64,000 nucleotides of DNA. It comes from an uncultured Verrucomicrobiae bacterium (GTDB taxonomy: Bacteria; Verrucomicrobiota; Verrucomicrobiia; Chthoniobacterales; JAFAMB01). The translations under genes and the position numbers were made by a program. Position 1 is the stretch's first letter. Every line of letters begins with the position of its first letter. Below the pieces are notes generated by a model, which was not told where the DNA came from, did not search any database, and saw only the letters and a list, made by a program, of their open reading frames with translations. This document shows positions 19,314-29,158 of this stretch, one piece after another. The DNA is taken from the NCBI GenBank assembly GCA_963782115.1, contig CAWAIK010000030.1, forward strand, positions 152,249 to 216,248. The letters are read 5' to 3'.

Positions 19314-20285
19314 TCACAAAAGCTTCAGTTTCGTCAAATCCTGCGAATCCACAATTCCAACCGGTTTATTATCTTCGCTCACGACGATCAAGTCATCAAT
19401 GCGGTGCTGGTCGAGGATGTTCAATACTTCCACGGCAAGTTTGTCGGCCAGGATGGTGATCGGATGCCGGACCATATGGCGTTCGACCGTGTCGGAAACC
19501 ATCTCGGGGTTCTTCTCGAACGCCCGAACAAAATCGCCATGGGTAAAAATCCCGGTCAACTTTCCCGAGGAATCTGTGACCACTGCCACCCCTGCGCGAT
19601 GCTCGTTCATCGAATGCAGCACAGCCAGAACCTGGGTCTGCGGAGTGACAATCGGCATCCGTTCCTGACCACGCATGATATCGCGCACTCGTTGGAGAAG
19701 ATAACGCCCCAACCGCCCGCCGGGATGGAACTTGAGAAAATCATCTTCCCCAAAACCGCGCACCTCGAGAAGCACCATGGCCAATGCATCTCCCAAAGCG
19801 AGCATGACGGTGGTACTGGAAGTAGGCGCGAGATTCAGCGGACACGCCTCTTTTTGAACCGAACAATCAAGGATAATCTCGCTGTGTCTGGCCAGAGTAG
19901 ACCCGGGGTCTCCGGTCATGCAGATCATTCGAACATCGAAACGTTTCAGGGCCGGAAGGATGTTCAGCAATTCCGCCGTTTCACCGCTGTAACTGACCGC
20001 AATGACCGCATCTCCGTCAGCCACGATCCCGAGGTCGCCATGCAAAGCGTTGACAGGACTTAGAACGAACGCTGGCGACCCGGTGCTGGTGAGTGTCGCC
20101 GCAATTTTTTCGCCAATCTGACCGGATTTTCCCACCCCGATAACGATTATCTTGCGCCCGGATTGCACGGTTTCAAGCATTAGTCGAACCGCCTGCTCGA
20201 ACCGTTCGTCCAATCGGTCAGCCAGTCGCTGCAACTCAGAGATCTCAATCTGTATAACCCGCCGCGCTTTCTGAAGATAGTCCAT
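19314..20285 (-). CDS. kpsF: KpsF/GutQ-family arabinose-5-phosphate isomerase (SIS domain plus CBS pair)
   Basis: SIS motif VIGVGKSGQIGEKIAATL with a C-terminal CBS pair. ATG at 20285 (MDYLQKARRV); the track ORF extends to 20345. Confidence 0.9.
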   Translation of the reverse strand: MDYLQKARRVIQIEISELQRLADRLDERFEQAVRLMLETVQSGRKIIVIGVGKSGQIGEKIAATLTSTGSPAFVLSPVNALHGDLGIVADGDAVIAVSYSGETAELLNILPALKRFDVRMICMTGDPGSTLARHSEIILDCSVQKEACPLNLAPTSSTTVMLALGDALAMVLLEVRGFGEDDFLKFHPGGRLGRYLLQRVRDIMRGQERMPIVTPQTQVLAVLHSMNEHRAGVAVVTDSSGKLTGIFTHGDFVRAFEKNPEMVSDTVERHMVRHPITILADKLAVEVLNILDQHRIDDLIVVSEDNKPVGIVDSQDLTKLKLL

Positions 20286-20304
20286 TGATACTAAAGACAG
20301 AACA

Positions 20305-21129
20305 CTACACGGAGCCAGTAAGGAAGTCACGGGGAGGACAGCCAAGCAAGCCCCTCAGAACTCTCAAGTTTTCTACATCTTCTTTCAGATCCTCTTTCTT
20401 GGGGGTTTCAAGAACTTTCGGGATGGCGCTGAATTCTCCCGAGCGCATGATCTCACAAAACGGCGCTAGTCCAATCTTCCCCTTCCCGATGTGATCATGA
20501 CGATCCACGCGGGAACCGAGTGCCGTTTTTGAATCGTTCAAATGCCACGCCGCGAGACGGTCGCGCCCTATTATTCGATCGAATTTCTTGACTACCTCCC
20601 AAAATCCTTTTGCGGTGGAAATATCGAATCCGGCTTCGAAAAGGTGTGCGGTATCCAGGCAAGTCGTAAGACGTTCCTGGAACTTTGAGCGTTCGATGAT
20701 GGTCTTGAGATGTTCGAAAGTATGCCCAAGACAAGTTCCTTGACCGGCGGTGATTTCGAGGGCGATCCGGCATTTGGCGCGAGGTGCCGACGCGAACACC
20801 TCATCCAGACTTGAAACAATCCGGGACAAACCGGTTTCCTCGCCATCTCCCATGTGCGCTCCGGGATGCAGCACCAGAAAGGGGAGACCGAGCTGTTCCG
20901 CCCGGCCGAGTTCTTCGCTGAGCGCGCGGAACGATTTTTCCCGAAATTCCGGGTTCTTCGCCCCGGGATTGATCAGGTAGCTCGTGTGCCCGAAGACGAC
21001 TTTCGGGCGGTCCGGGTATTTGTGGTAGTCTGCCAGCTCCGTTTCGGCAAATGGTTTGGCAAACCATTGCATATTATTCTTCACGAAAATCTGGATAGCA
21101 CTGCATCCAATCGATCGACCGCGCTCCAA
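20305..21129 (-). CDS. nfo: endonuclease IV (deoxyribonuclease IV); the 5' end appears frameshifted
   Basis: WHLNDSK and DRHDHIGKGKIG motifs, on a TIM-barrel AP endonuclease 2 family sequence. The expected N-terminus (MKVDAPPKKKEK...LLGAHMSIAGGPAKA) sits in another frame at 21131-21248. Confidence 0.85.
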   Translation of the reverse strand: MERGRSIGCSAIQIFVKNNMQWFAKPFAETELADYHKYPDRPKVVFGHTSYLINPGAKNPEFREKSFRALSEELGRAEQLGLPFLVLHPGAHMGDGEETGLSRIVSSLDEVFASAPRAKCRIALEITAGQGTCLGHTFEHLKTIIERSKFQERLTTCLDTAHLFEAGFDISTAKGFWEVVKKFDRIIGRDRLAAWHLNDSKTALGSRVDRHDHIGKGKIGLAPFCEIMRSGEFSAIPKVLETPKKEDLKEDVENLRVLRGLLGCPPRDFLTGSV

Positions 21130-21295
21130 GCCTTCGCGGGGCCGCCTGCAATGGACATGTGCGCGCCAAGGAGTGGGAATGACTCATCTTTTGGTTTCGC
21201 CTCTCGATCCGCTTTTTCCTTCTTTTTTGGCGGCGCATCGACTTTCATTGCCACTATATTGACATCATCAACAGGAAAGGGTAGCCGCCAAGCGT

Positions 21296-23380
21296 CTATT
21301 TCGGCGCCGGCGAAAGCAATTGCCAGTTCGGCTGCTGAATTGTGCCGACGCCGCGCACACTGAGCGAGTCGTTGTCCACATCGCCGGTGAGATCGATTAG
21401 TCCTCCAAAAAAAAACAGGGAACCGGCGAGTCGTAGCAAATGTGAACCGGAAGCAAATTGCAAAGAGATCATTCGCAGCGAAAGCGCATCCAACTTGAAA
21501 CTCAGCTTTGCGTCCACGGGTTCACGAAATCCGAATGGCTCAAGACGCATCAGCAAAGGCGCAAATACTTTCGACCCGCTGACATTGGCTCCCTGCACAC
21601 TGATCGTCCCACTCACGGCCAGATTCGTGGGATCTCCTCCAAGCATGGAAAAATCCCCGGATCCCCGCTCGAAAGGAATTTCCCATCCGTCAAATTGATA
21701 GGCGAACGGATTCCGCGCGTCGACCCGGACTCGAAGATCGTCGCCGGATCCACTTCTGAGCCGGACCATTCCGGCGGCATGAATCGTTGGGATATCGGTA
21801 AAGCGGAACGGCTGCAGAATTCTTCCGATCGATGGATCGATCCAAGCTGCCACCACGCCAGGAGAAAGATTCGTTTCGACATCTTCGATGTTGAGTTGAT
21901 CCTGACCGAGATCAAAGGTAAACCGGCCGGTTCCGATGCCTTCATCCCTGATGATCCGGACCTGGTCGCACCGGACCACATTGTTCCGGAGCTCAAAATT
22001 TGCTGAAGCTGAGTTCAGGAGCGCGCCGCGAAATTTGGTTTTTCCAAGCCAGATTTGTCCAGCCCCCGCTATCTTCGCGAATTCCGGGGTTGCCCCCGAA
22101 AATGCGGCCTGGATCACCGGCGACGTCTGAAATTCCCAATCGTTTAAAGCGTGTTGAAGTTTCGGCGGGCAAAGAGGCATAAGGTCTGTCGGATTTAACG
22201 CGGAGTTAATCCGTATCCGAAAGTCGCCGGGGCGATTCAACACATCTCCTGACAATGTTCCAGAGCGATGGGTCACCTGCGCGTTCATGACCATCCAGGA
22301 ATCGCCGGATTTCGAGAACTCGGCTTTCATGCTTTGGAACTTCACATCTCGAACGGAAAATTGATCGAAATTTAGCTTCCCAAGAACTTGCAAATGCCCG
22401 TCTGGCCGAGCCTCACCGCTCAACTCAATTTCCAACGGCGCGTCGAATATCAACTCTTTCGTCCATGGCAACCGGGGATCGTTGGCCAGCAGTTTCGCTG
22501 GATCGAGCCCGCTACGGACCTGGAAATTTTTTTCACCGGTGGCGAGATTCCAATCGCCGGTGGCAAATAATTCTCCGCGTGCATCGCGCATAAAAAGCTT
22601 TCGGAGATCAAACTTCTGATTCTCGAAGGAGAACTGGCAGTCCAGATTTTGAAGCTGATAGTTTTGTCGTGAGAGGCTTCCGGCAAACAGGTGACCGCCT
22701 TGCAGCCGCAGCGAAGCAGGAGTTGCGAGGTCGACTTGAAAAGTGAAGTCGAGCTGGGGCGGTTCCCCAGAGAAGTGAAGCTTCTGAATCTCCTTGATCA
22801 GAAGGCGCAAAAAATTCTGTTGTGGTTTTTCATCCGGGCGAGCGCGGGACTCCAAACCTGGAAGAAGCGAGAAAGCCGCCGGATTTACTAATGTGCCGGA
22901 CGCCTGTAGATGAATCCCGAAGATCACGCCGGAAGCCTGGCGCACTTCGATGCGTCCCGGGAAAAAATAGATCCGCGACTGAAGTCCCGTGAGGCGTATT
23001 CGTCCCGCTTTGGGCGCTGTGGGGTCAATCGGTATTGAAATCTTCGCATTGTGCAAATCGACAGCGTTAAGTGCCGGTTCTTGCTGGAACAGATTGGCGT
23101 AGTTGATGTCGAGGGAGAGATCGCTGATTTGGGCAAGGATCATCTGCCTACGATCGTTATCGTAGATCTCGAGATCCTTGGCAACCAAGCCCCGAAATGG
23201 GTCCAGGGTAAGGCGCCGGACCCGGATTTCGAGGCCGAAGGCGTGGAATTCTTTGGCGAGCAAGGCCCGCCAGTGTCTGCCGAACCCTTGATGATAGTAA
23301 TAGTAGGCGACCCACGAAAGCAGGAGAGTTAGCAAGAGCAGGGTCAGCCACTTAAGAAATTGGAATGGACGGATTGGCAT
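21296..23380 (-). CDS. large N-terminally anchored envelope protein, AsmA/TamB-like (hypothetical)
   Basis: About 695 aa from the Met at 23380, with one N-terminal TM (WLTLLLLTLLLSWVAYYYY) followed by a long beta-rich region. The family assignment is tentative. Confidence 0.45.
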   Translation of the reverse strand: MPIRPFQFLKWLTLLLLTLLLSWVAYYYYHQGFGRHWRALLAKEFHAFGLEIRVRRLTLDPFRGLVAKDLEIYDNDRRQMILAQISDLSLDINYANLFQQEPALNAVDLHNAKISIPIDPTAPKAGRIRLTGLQSRIYFFPGRIEVRQASGVIFGIHLQASGTLVNPAAFSLLPGLESRARPDEKPQQNFLRLLIKEIQKLHFSGEPPQLDFTFQVDLATPASLRLQGGHLFAGSLSRQNYQLQNLDCQFSFENQKFDLRKLFMRDARGELFATGDWNLATGEKNFQVRSGLDPAKLLANDPRLPWTKELIFDAPLEIELSGEARPDGHLQVLGKLNFDQFSVRDVKFQSMKAEFSKSGDSWMVMNAQVTHRSGTLSGDVLNRPGDFRIRINSALNPTDLMPLCPPKLQHALNDWEFQTSPVIQAAFSGATPEFAKIAGAGQIWLGKTKFRGALLNSASANFELRNNVVRCDQVRIIRDEGIGTGRFTFDLGQDQLNIEDVETNLSPGVVAAWIDPSIGRILQPFRFTDIPTIHAAGMVRLRSGSGDDLRVRVDARNPFAYQFDGWEIPFERGSGDFSMLGGDPTNLAVSGTISVQGANVSGSKVFAPLLMRLEPFGFREPVDAKLSFKLDALSLRMISLQFASGSHLLRLAGSLFFFGGLIDLTGDVDNDSLSVRGVGTIQQPNWQLLSPAPK

Positions 23381-23511
23381 CGAACCGGGGGCAAACATGA
23401 GGATACAATTGAATCTGAGCAATTGGAAATAGCCCGGCCGCAAACCGAAAGTCCGGATTCCCAACATTATGTCTTGAATCCGGCACGACTTATGCTATGT
23501 AAGTAGACCCG

Positions 23512-24198
23512 ATGATTCAACCTAATTGTCGGGCAAGATTTACCGGTGAAGACTTCGATTTTGTCGTTCGCACACTCGCGAAAAGCCCGGGAAACAAGAT
23601 TGGTCTCGTAGAGTTGCTGACGGACATCGAGACCAGAGATCAGATTCTCGATCATGACGCACTTGTCAGGGCCGTATTGGAAGGGCCGGGGAACCTGACT
23701 ATCTCGCCACAATTTTACTTCTATATTCTAGCTCGGCTCGTTTTAAGGCGTTCGGGCATCGATGACCGAACATTGACAGACTATGTCGCGTCCCTGTTAG
23801 AGAAATTCTCCCAGATCCGACAATTGCGTGCACCTGTTCAGAATCTCGAGACGCTTTACCTGTCGGATCTTTTGCTGGCGCTCAAAACCGCCTCTTCGTA
23901 CCAGACATTTCTGATCAGGGCGCATATAGGTAATTACGCCTTGTTCATCAGCGGCATTTTTTACGAAAACATCGAAAGCCGACGCCAGCGAGGCGCTCCC
24001 AGTTTCTCATTCTATGAAGACATGGGCCGGGCGAGCTTTCACGCTTTGACGACCCATGACGTTGCCCGCAGATACGAGTTAAGCGGCCTTTTCGAGAAGT
24101 TAGCGGATCACTTTCACGAGTGCCGTCTGGCGTTAAACTGCCTGGCGGAGGAGTTTGTCAATATTGGAGACAATAAATTCATGCCGACCTTCGAATGA
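23512..24198 (+). CDS. hypothetical protein (no recognisable domain)
   Basis: 228-aa ORF with normal composition. Its stop overlaps the next gene's ATG (ATGA at 24195-24198). Confidence 0.6.
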   Translation: MIQPNCRARFTGEDFDFVVRTLAKSPGNKIGLVELLTDIETRDQILDHDALVRAVLEGPGNLTISPQFYFYILARLVLRRSGIDDRTLTDYVASLLEKFSQIRQLRAPVQNLETLYLSDLLLALKTASSYQTFLIRAHIGNYALFISGIFYENIESRRQRGAPSFSFYEDMGRASFHALTTHDVARRYELSGLFEKLADHFHECRLALNCLAEEFVNIGDNKFMPTFE

Positions 24199-24908
24199 AC
24201 AAAACACTCTTTAGCGAAGTCCAGCGCCTCTTCGAGCGAACCTACGCCACAGTCGGAATTAATCTCGAGGAATGCTTGATTGACCGAGTCCGTTGTTCGC
24301 AGTTAACCAAACTGGCCGGGGCGTCCGCTCGCGAATTGAGCGAATTGGCCAGAACATTTTTGCGGACGTCGGACGACCGGCTGTATGTCGGAATTTATTA
24401 TTCCAAATGGCTGATCGAACAACTCGAACGACACGACCCTCGCAGCGGACTATCAAACAGCAATATTCGGTCGCTGATTATGTTTGTGGAGGAAATTAAC
24501 CACGCACTACACGCCGCGCTGCAATTCAAGGCGGGCCTGCGGCGCATCGATAGCGAGGACTTTGCGCGGAATTTGGAATTGCAAGGCATAGTCGATACCT
24601 ATCTAGTGCTGCTGCTTTTCGTAGCGTTCTTTCGGAAAACACAGCGAATCTCCCGAACAGATCGGCGGTGGCTCCGATTTCACTTGTTTGAATCTCGGGC
24701 CCAGGATGCTTTCCAGGACGAAAATCTTCGAGCCCGTTACCTGGAAACGGGCGAATTGGCCTCCTCCTATACCCATTACCTGGATACGCTGAACGGTGCG
24801 CGCCGTCTGGATGAGATCAGAAATTTCCACGCGCTCCCTTACGATGCCAAGAAACGCCACATCCTGGCTCTGATGAATCGTCCGAGCCCCTCAGAGCAAG
24901 CCGATTGA
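24195..24908 (+). CDS. hypothetical protein (no recognisable domain)
   Basis: 237-aa ORF, translationally coupled to the upstream hypothetical gene. Confidence 0.6.
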   Translation: MNKTLFSEVQRLFERTYATVGINLEECLIDRVRCSQLTKLAGASARELSELARTFLRTSDDRLYVGIYYSKWLIEQLERHDPRSGLSNSNIRSLIMFVEEINHALHAALQFKAGLRRIDSEDFARNLELQGIVDTYLVLLLFVAFFRKTQRISRTDRRWLRFHLFESRAQDAFQDENLRARYLETGELASSYTHYLDTLNGARRLDEIRNFHALPYDAKKRHILALMNRPSPSEQAD

Positions 24909-25030
24909 AATAACGAGAGCGGCCTTTTTTGCTTCCGATCTCTCGTCGAGGGAAGGCGCGTCGCCCCGCCGGCGATTTTTCCCGATGCGGTTTGACGTAT
25001 CACCCTCTTATCATTTACAACGCGAGCGTC

Positions 25031-25957
25031 ATGAAGATCTGGATCAATCGGGCGGGTCAAAATCTTGGAACGTTCACTTTGGAAGAGGTCCAGAGGGGTT
25101 TAAATCAGGGTCAGTATGTCTCAACGGATCTGGGTTGGCAGGAAGGTATGGAGAGCTGGAAACCGCTTGCGGAATTCGCCGGTTTGCAGATGCCACTGCA
25201 GCAAGGGCAACCCGTGCCACCTGCTCCGATTTTACCCTCATCGCCTAATGTGCCGCCTCCTTTGGGTGAGGATACATTAGCTACGGTCGAGGGCGCAGAG
25301 GATGGCCCGGCATGGGAACGACGAAAGGAACTGGGCTTGGTCAAAGCGCTTACGCAAACCTGGAAGGAGGTGCTCTTTAACCCAACCGTCGCCTTTCCCC
25401 GGATGAAGACGAGTGGCGGGTTTGCAGCGCCGTTCTTGTTCAATCTGACAATGGTGATCATCTATGCTTTCTTCACCACGATCTACCAGCTGCTTTTATC
25501 TGGGGTGCTCACCACTGCGGGAGCCGGATCGACGCACAACGGCTCAGGTTCCGTGGCGGGTCTCAGCGCGGGGTTGCCCCCGCTATTGAATGTGGGCGCT
25601 ATGGTGGTGTTGATCCCGCTACTCGTTGGTTTCACCTTCCTTAACGCCGGCATTACCCATGCCTGCCTTGCGCTCTTTAAAGGAACATCCAAGAACTACG
25701 AAGCCACCTACCGGGTGTTCTGTTATTCTTACAGTGCCTGCGTTTTCGCTCTGGTGCCGTGCGCTGGAGGTATTGTTTCAAGCATTTGGTGGGTAATTTC
25801 TACAATCATCGGTCTATCGAAGGTGCACAGGACCGAAAATTGGCGAGCCGCAGTGGCGGTTCTGCTCCCGGTCTTTGTCTGTATGGGGATCATCATCGCC
25901 CTGTACGTTGCGATAATAGCCGCTGTCGTTGCTTCGCTCCATCATGCGAACGCTTAG
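25031..25957 (+). CDS. GYF_2 (DUF4339) domain protein fused to a Yip1-like multi-TM domain
   Basis: N-terminus MKIWINRAGQNLGTFTLEEVQRGLNQGQYVSTDLGWQEGMESWKPLAEF (GYF_2 pattern). A Pro-rich linker and 5 TM helices follow. Confidence 0.7.
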   Translation: MKIWINRAGQNLGTFTLEEVQRGLNQGQYVSTDLGWQEGMESWKPLAEFAGLQMPLQQGQPVPPAPILPSSPNVPPPLGEDTLATVEGAEDGPAWERRKELGLVKALTQTWKEVLFNPTVAFPRMKTSGGFAAPFLFNLTMVIIYAFFTTIYQLLLSGVLTTAGAGSTHNGSGSVAGLSAGLPPLLNVGAMVVLIPLLVGFTFLNAGITHACLALFKGTSKNYEATYRVFCYSYSACVFALVPCAGGIVSSIWWVISTIIGLSKVHRTENWRAAVAVLLPVFVCMGIIIALYVAIIAAVVASLHHANA

Positions 25958-26378
25958 CCACAAATTCAGTGTTTTCTTCCGGCCGCTGGCTCCGAAAGAG
26001 ACCGACTTCGAGTTTCTTTTTCTGGCTGTCTCCTGTGGAATTGCGGCGAGTTGTTATCTCTGGTTGAGCCTCGGAATGCCTTGGCCTGGATGCTGGGTTC
26101 GCCGGTTAACTGGCATACCCTGTCCAACTTGTGGCGCAACCCGGTGCGCCATGTCGCTGGCGCACGGAGATCTGGTCGGAGCTTGGCGGCACAACCCACT
26201 TATTTTTATTTGTTACGGCAGCACCCTGATCGTGAATTTCTATGCAGCCGCGGTTTTGATTTTCCGCTGTCCGCGGCTGCGGTTAGCTAACCTGCCATCC
26301 AAGGTCAAACGTGCCTTGGGCGCGCTGGTTATTATCGCTCTGACGGCGAACTGGATTTATCTCCTCGCCAACCGTTGA
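25944..26378 (+). CDS. DUF2752 domain membrane protein
   Basis: The GIPCPTCGATRC motif is characteristic of DUF2752, and TM helices are present. The start is ambiguous (25929 or 25944). It overlaps the upstream gene's end. Confidence 0.7.
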   Translation: MRTLSHKFSVFFRPLAPKETDFEFLFLAVSCGIAASCYLWLSLGMPWPGCWVRRLTGIPCPTCGATRCAMSLAHGDLVGAWRHNPLIFICYGSTLIVNFYAAAVLIFRCPRLRLANLPSKVKRALGALVIIALTANWIYLLANR

Positions 26379-27248
26379 CGACGCCACTTCAGACACAGCA
26401 AAGGCCGGACTGACATTGCTTTGTTCGGCGCAAAACAGATCTATCCCCTGGACGCCAAAACGCCGCATTGTTCCGAGTGCGAGTTCCGCGCGATTACAAT
26501 CGCGGCTCAGGTGCCCGAGGACGACATGACGAAGTCGCTGTCCAGCGATCGAGGCCACTAATTTTGCAGCGGCCTCGTTTGAGAGATGGCCGTGTCTGGA
26601 CAATATCCGCTGTTTCACCGACCAGGGTCGTTTGCTGTCCTCCTGAAGCATTCGCTCGTCGTGGTTGGTTTCGACAAGCAGGATGTCCACTTGCCGGATG
26701 CGCTCCAGTGCTAGCTTCGGCGCATAGCCGAGGTCGGTCAGAAACCCGATGGAGCCCGCATCCGAAGTAAACACGAAAGCTGTCGGATCAACCGCGTCAT
26801 GCGGTACATAGAAACTTTGTATCTCAATATCTTTAACCGAAAAAACGGCACCAGTTGCGAACAGGTTCCAGTTTGGAAAATCGGCTAGCGATCCGTGGCG
26901 CAGCGTTTCCGCTGTGAGCGGATTCGAATAGATCGGAACGCAGAAGCGGCGACAAAAGATCTCCAGCCCGGCAACGTGATCACCATGTTCGTGCGTGATC
27001 AGGATACCGTCCAGACTCTCAGGACGCACTCCGACCGATTCAAGTCGTTGCGTGATTTGGCGGGCACTGAACCCGGCGTCAACAAGAAGCCTGCACTGGC
27101 TGGTGGCAATCAACGAACAATTTCCTGCACTCCCGCTTCCGAGGACTGTCAAACTAAACACCAGCCTATTAGAGCGTACTCTCGAACGGATGCCAATCAG
27201 ATACCAAAGGAGTAGAGGATTAACCGGAGTCGGGAAGTCTGTGGGCAA
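26283..27248 (-). CDS. MBL-fold metallo-hydrolase
   Basis: LTVLGSGSAGN and the ITHEHGDHVAGL (HxHxDH) motif. The N-terminal extent is uncertain. The 3' end overlaps the convergent DUF2752 gene by 96 bp. Confidence 0.85.
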   Translation of the reverse strand: MPTDFPTPVNPLLLWYLIGIRSRVRSNRLVFSLTVLGSGSAGNCSLIATSQCRLLVDAGFSARQITQRLESVGVRPESLDGILITHEHGDHVAGLEIFCRRFCVPIYSNPLTAETLRHGSLADFPNWNLFATGAVFSVKDIEIQSFYVPHDAVDPTAFVFTSDAGSIGFLTDLGYAPKLALERIRQVDILLVETNHDERMLQEDSKRPWSVKQRILSRHGHLSNEAAAKLVASIAGQRLRHVVLGHLSRDCNRAELALGTMRRFGVQGIDLFCAEQSNVSPAFAVSEVASSTVGEEINPVRRQSDNNQRAQGTFDLGWQVS

Positions 27249-27450
27249 GCCGTCAAAATCTGAATCCCCTCAACCCGTGGGGATCTGCTCCTCGAAAAAA
27301 AGCCTTGCCTTAAGGACGGTTCCTCTGGAGTTTCGGAGTGCCTGAAAAGGGCGCCGCTGGCGATCGACTTCGGGCATCGTATTTGAATAGAATCTATAAG
27401 CTGACACCCTGAACCGCTCCAATCTGTTCGGTAATCAAAAAAACCCGGGT

Positions 27451-28059
27451 ATGAACCGCTATATCACATTTCTCTTCATGGGCGCGCCTGGCAGCGGCAA
27501 GGGGACTCAGGGCAAAGTCCTCGGAACTGTGCCTCGATTTTTCCACTGTGCTTGTGGCGAGGTTTTTCGCTCTCTCGACTTGCGAACGCCGCTGGGACAG
27601 CAATTTATTGATTATTCCAGTAAAGGGTTGCTGGTCCCGGACGACTTGACCGTTCAGCTTTGGAGAACGAAAATCGAAGCGCAGGTTCTAGAAGGAGAAT
27701 TCAAGCCCGATATCGACGCTCTCGTGCTGGATGGCATTCCCAGAAACGTCAACCAGGCGAAACTAATGGGAAACCTGATTGAAGTAAGGCAGGTGTTCCA
27801 TCTCTCCTGTCCGAAACGCGAGGAGTTGGTTCGTCGCCTGCGAAAACGGGCAATCAAAGACAACCGGCTCGACGACGCCAACGAAGAAGTGATCCGAAAA
27901 CGGCTCGCCACTTACGAGGAAGAGACTAAGCCTGTTTTGGACTTTTACTCTGACCTGGTGACGAATATTGATGCGCTGCAACCGCCGGTAAAGATTCTCC
28001 AGGATATTCTGGGAGTGATCTGGAGCACGCACGATGCGGTAATGGCGTTTAACGCTTGA
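27451..28059 (+). CDS. adk: adenylate kinase
   Basis: P-loop FMGAPGSGKGTQ, 202 aa. Confidence 0.93.
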   Translation: MNRYITFLFMGAPGSGKGTQGKVLGTVPRFFHCACGEVFRSLDLRTPLGQQFIDYSSKGLLVPDDLTVQLWRTKIEAQVLEGEFKPDIDALVLDGIPRNVNQAKLMGNLIEVRQVFHLSCPKREELVRRLRKRAIKDNRLDDANEEVIRKRLATYEEETKPVLDFYSDLVTNIDALQPPVKILQDILGVIWSTHDAVMAFNA

Positions 28060-28168
28060 GTAACGTAGGTTTCCAGCCTGTACCGGGTGGATCGCTATAG
28101 GTCCGCGCACTTGTTCGTCCTAAATGACTTTGGACTGTCTCGAAGGCGGTGGACACAATTAACCTTCG

Positions 28169-29131
28169 ATGAAGAATAATCCTCGCGTCGTATTCATGGG
28201 CAGCGGCGAGATCGGGCTGCCGACACTGCAATGGCTCGCCCACTCTTCGGTGGCCAATCTGGTCGGAGTTGTGACGCAGCCGGACAAGCCCGCTGGTCGG
28301 TCGCAGACCTTATCGCCGCCGGCCACAAAAAAAGTTGCGGCCACACTCGGTCTACCGATCTTCCAACCCGCGAAGTTGCGAAGGAGCGATGAATTGGACC
28401 GGATCGCTGAGCTTTCGCCCGATTTAATCGTCGTCATGGCCTACGGTCAGATCCTGCCGAAACGACTTCTGGAAATGCCGACACTAGCGTGTCTCAACTT
28501 GCACGCTTCGATTTTGCCCAGGCACCGCGGCGCGTCGCCGATACAGGCTTCGATCCTTTCAGGTGATCGATCCACGGGTCTGACCGTGATGTACATGGCC
28601 GAAGGCCTGGACACGGGCGACATCCTGCTGACCAGATCGATCGCTATTCGGAGGCGAGAGACCGGGGGATCCCTGCACGATCGACTGGCGATCCTCGGAC
28701 CGGGGGCACTTGCTTCGGCCTTTGAACTCATTCTATCGCACAGAGCGCCTAGAAATCCGCAGGATGAATCAAAAGCGACCTACGCCGCCAAGCTTGAACG
28801 CGAATCCGGTCGGATCGATTGGTCTCACGATTGCTGGCACCTCGATCGGCTCATCCGCGCGATGAATCCCTGGCCTGGCGCCTTCACGCTCGTCGGATCC
28901 ACCCCGGATTCGGCGAAAAAACTCAAGGTCCACCGTGCCGTGCCGCTTCATCGAGTGTCCGGACAAGCGGGCGTCGTCCATCGCATCGGAAATCGTGGAG
29001 TGCTGGTTGCCTGTGGGCAAGGAGCACTTTTGTTGTTGGAGGTTCAGCTGGAAGGCAAACGCAAGATGAGCGCGGTGGAATTTGTTCGCGGCTTCGCGCT
29101 TCCGGTCGGGACAGCCCTGGGTTTGTCCTAA
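28169..29131 (+). CDS. fmt: methionyl-tRNA formyltransferase
   Basis: VVFMGSGEIGLPTL, NLHASILPRHRGASPIQ, and a C-terminal Fmt domain. Confidence 0.95.
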   Translation: MKNNPRVVFMGSGEIGLPTLQWLAHSSVANLVGVVTQPDKPAGRSQTLSPPATKKVAATLGLPIFQPAKLRRSDELDRIAELSPDLIVVMAYGQILPKRLLEMPTLACLNLHASILPRHRGASPIQASILSGDRSTGLTVMYMAEGLDTGDILLTRSIAIRRRETGGSLHDRLAILGPGALASAFELILSHRAPRNPQDESKATYAAKLERESGRIDWSHDCWHLDRLIRAMNPWPGAFTLVGSTPDSAKKLKVHRAVPLHRVSGQAGVVHRIGNRGVLVACGQGALLLLEVQLEGKRKMSAVEFVRGFALPVGTALGLS

Positions 29132-29158
29132 TCTGCTCTTAATGTCGCGCCATTCTGG

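Noticed and set aside
19254-20063. 269-aa plus-strand ORF
   Set aside because: It is antisense to the well-supported kpsF (SIS+CBS) gene, and its composition is His/Arg-rich and implausible.
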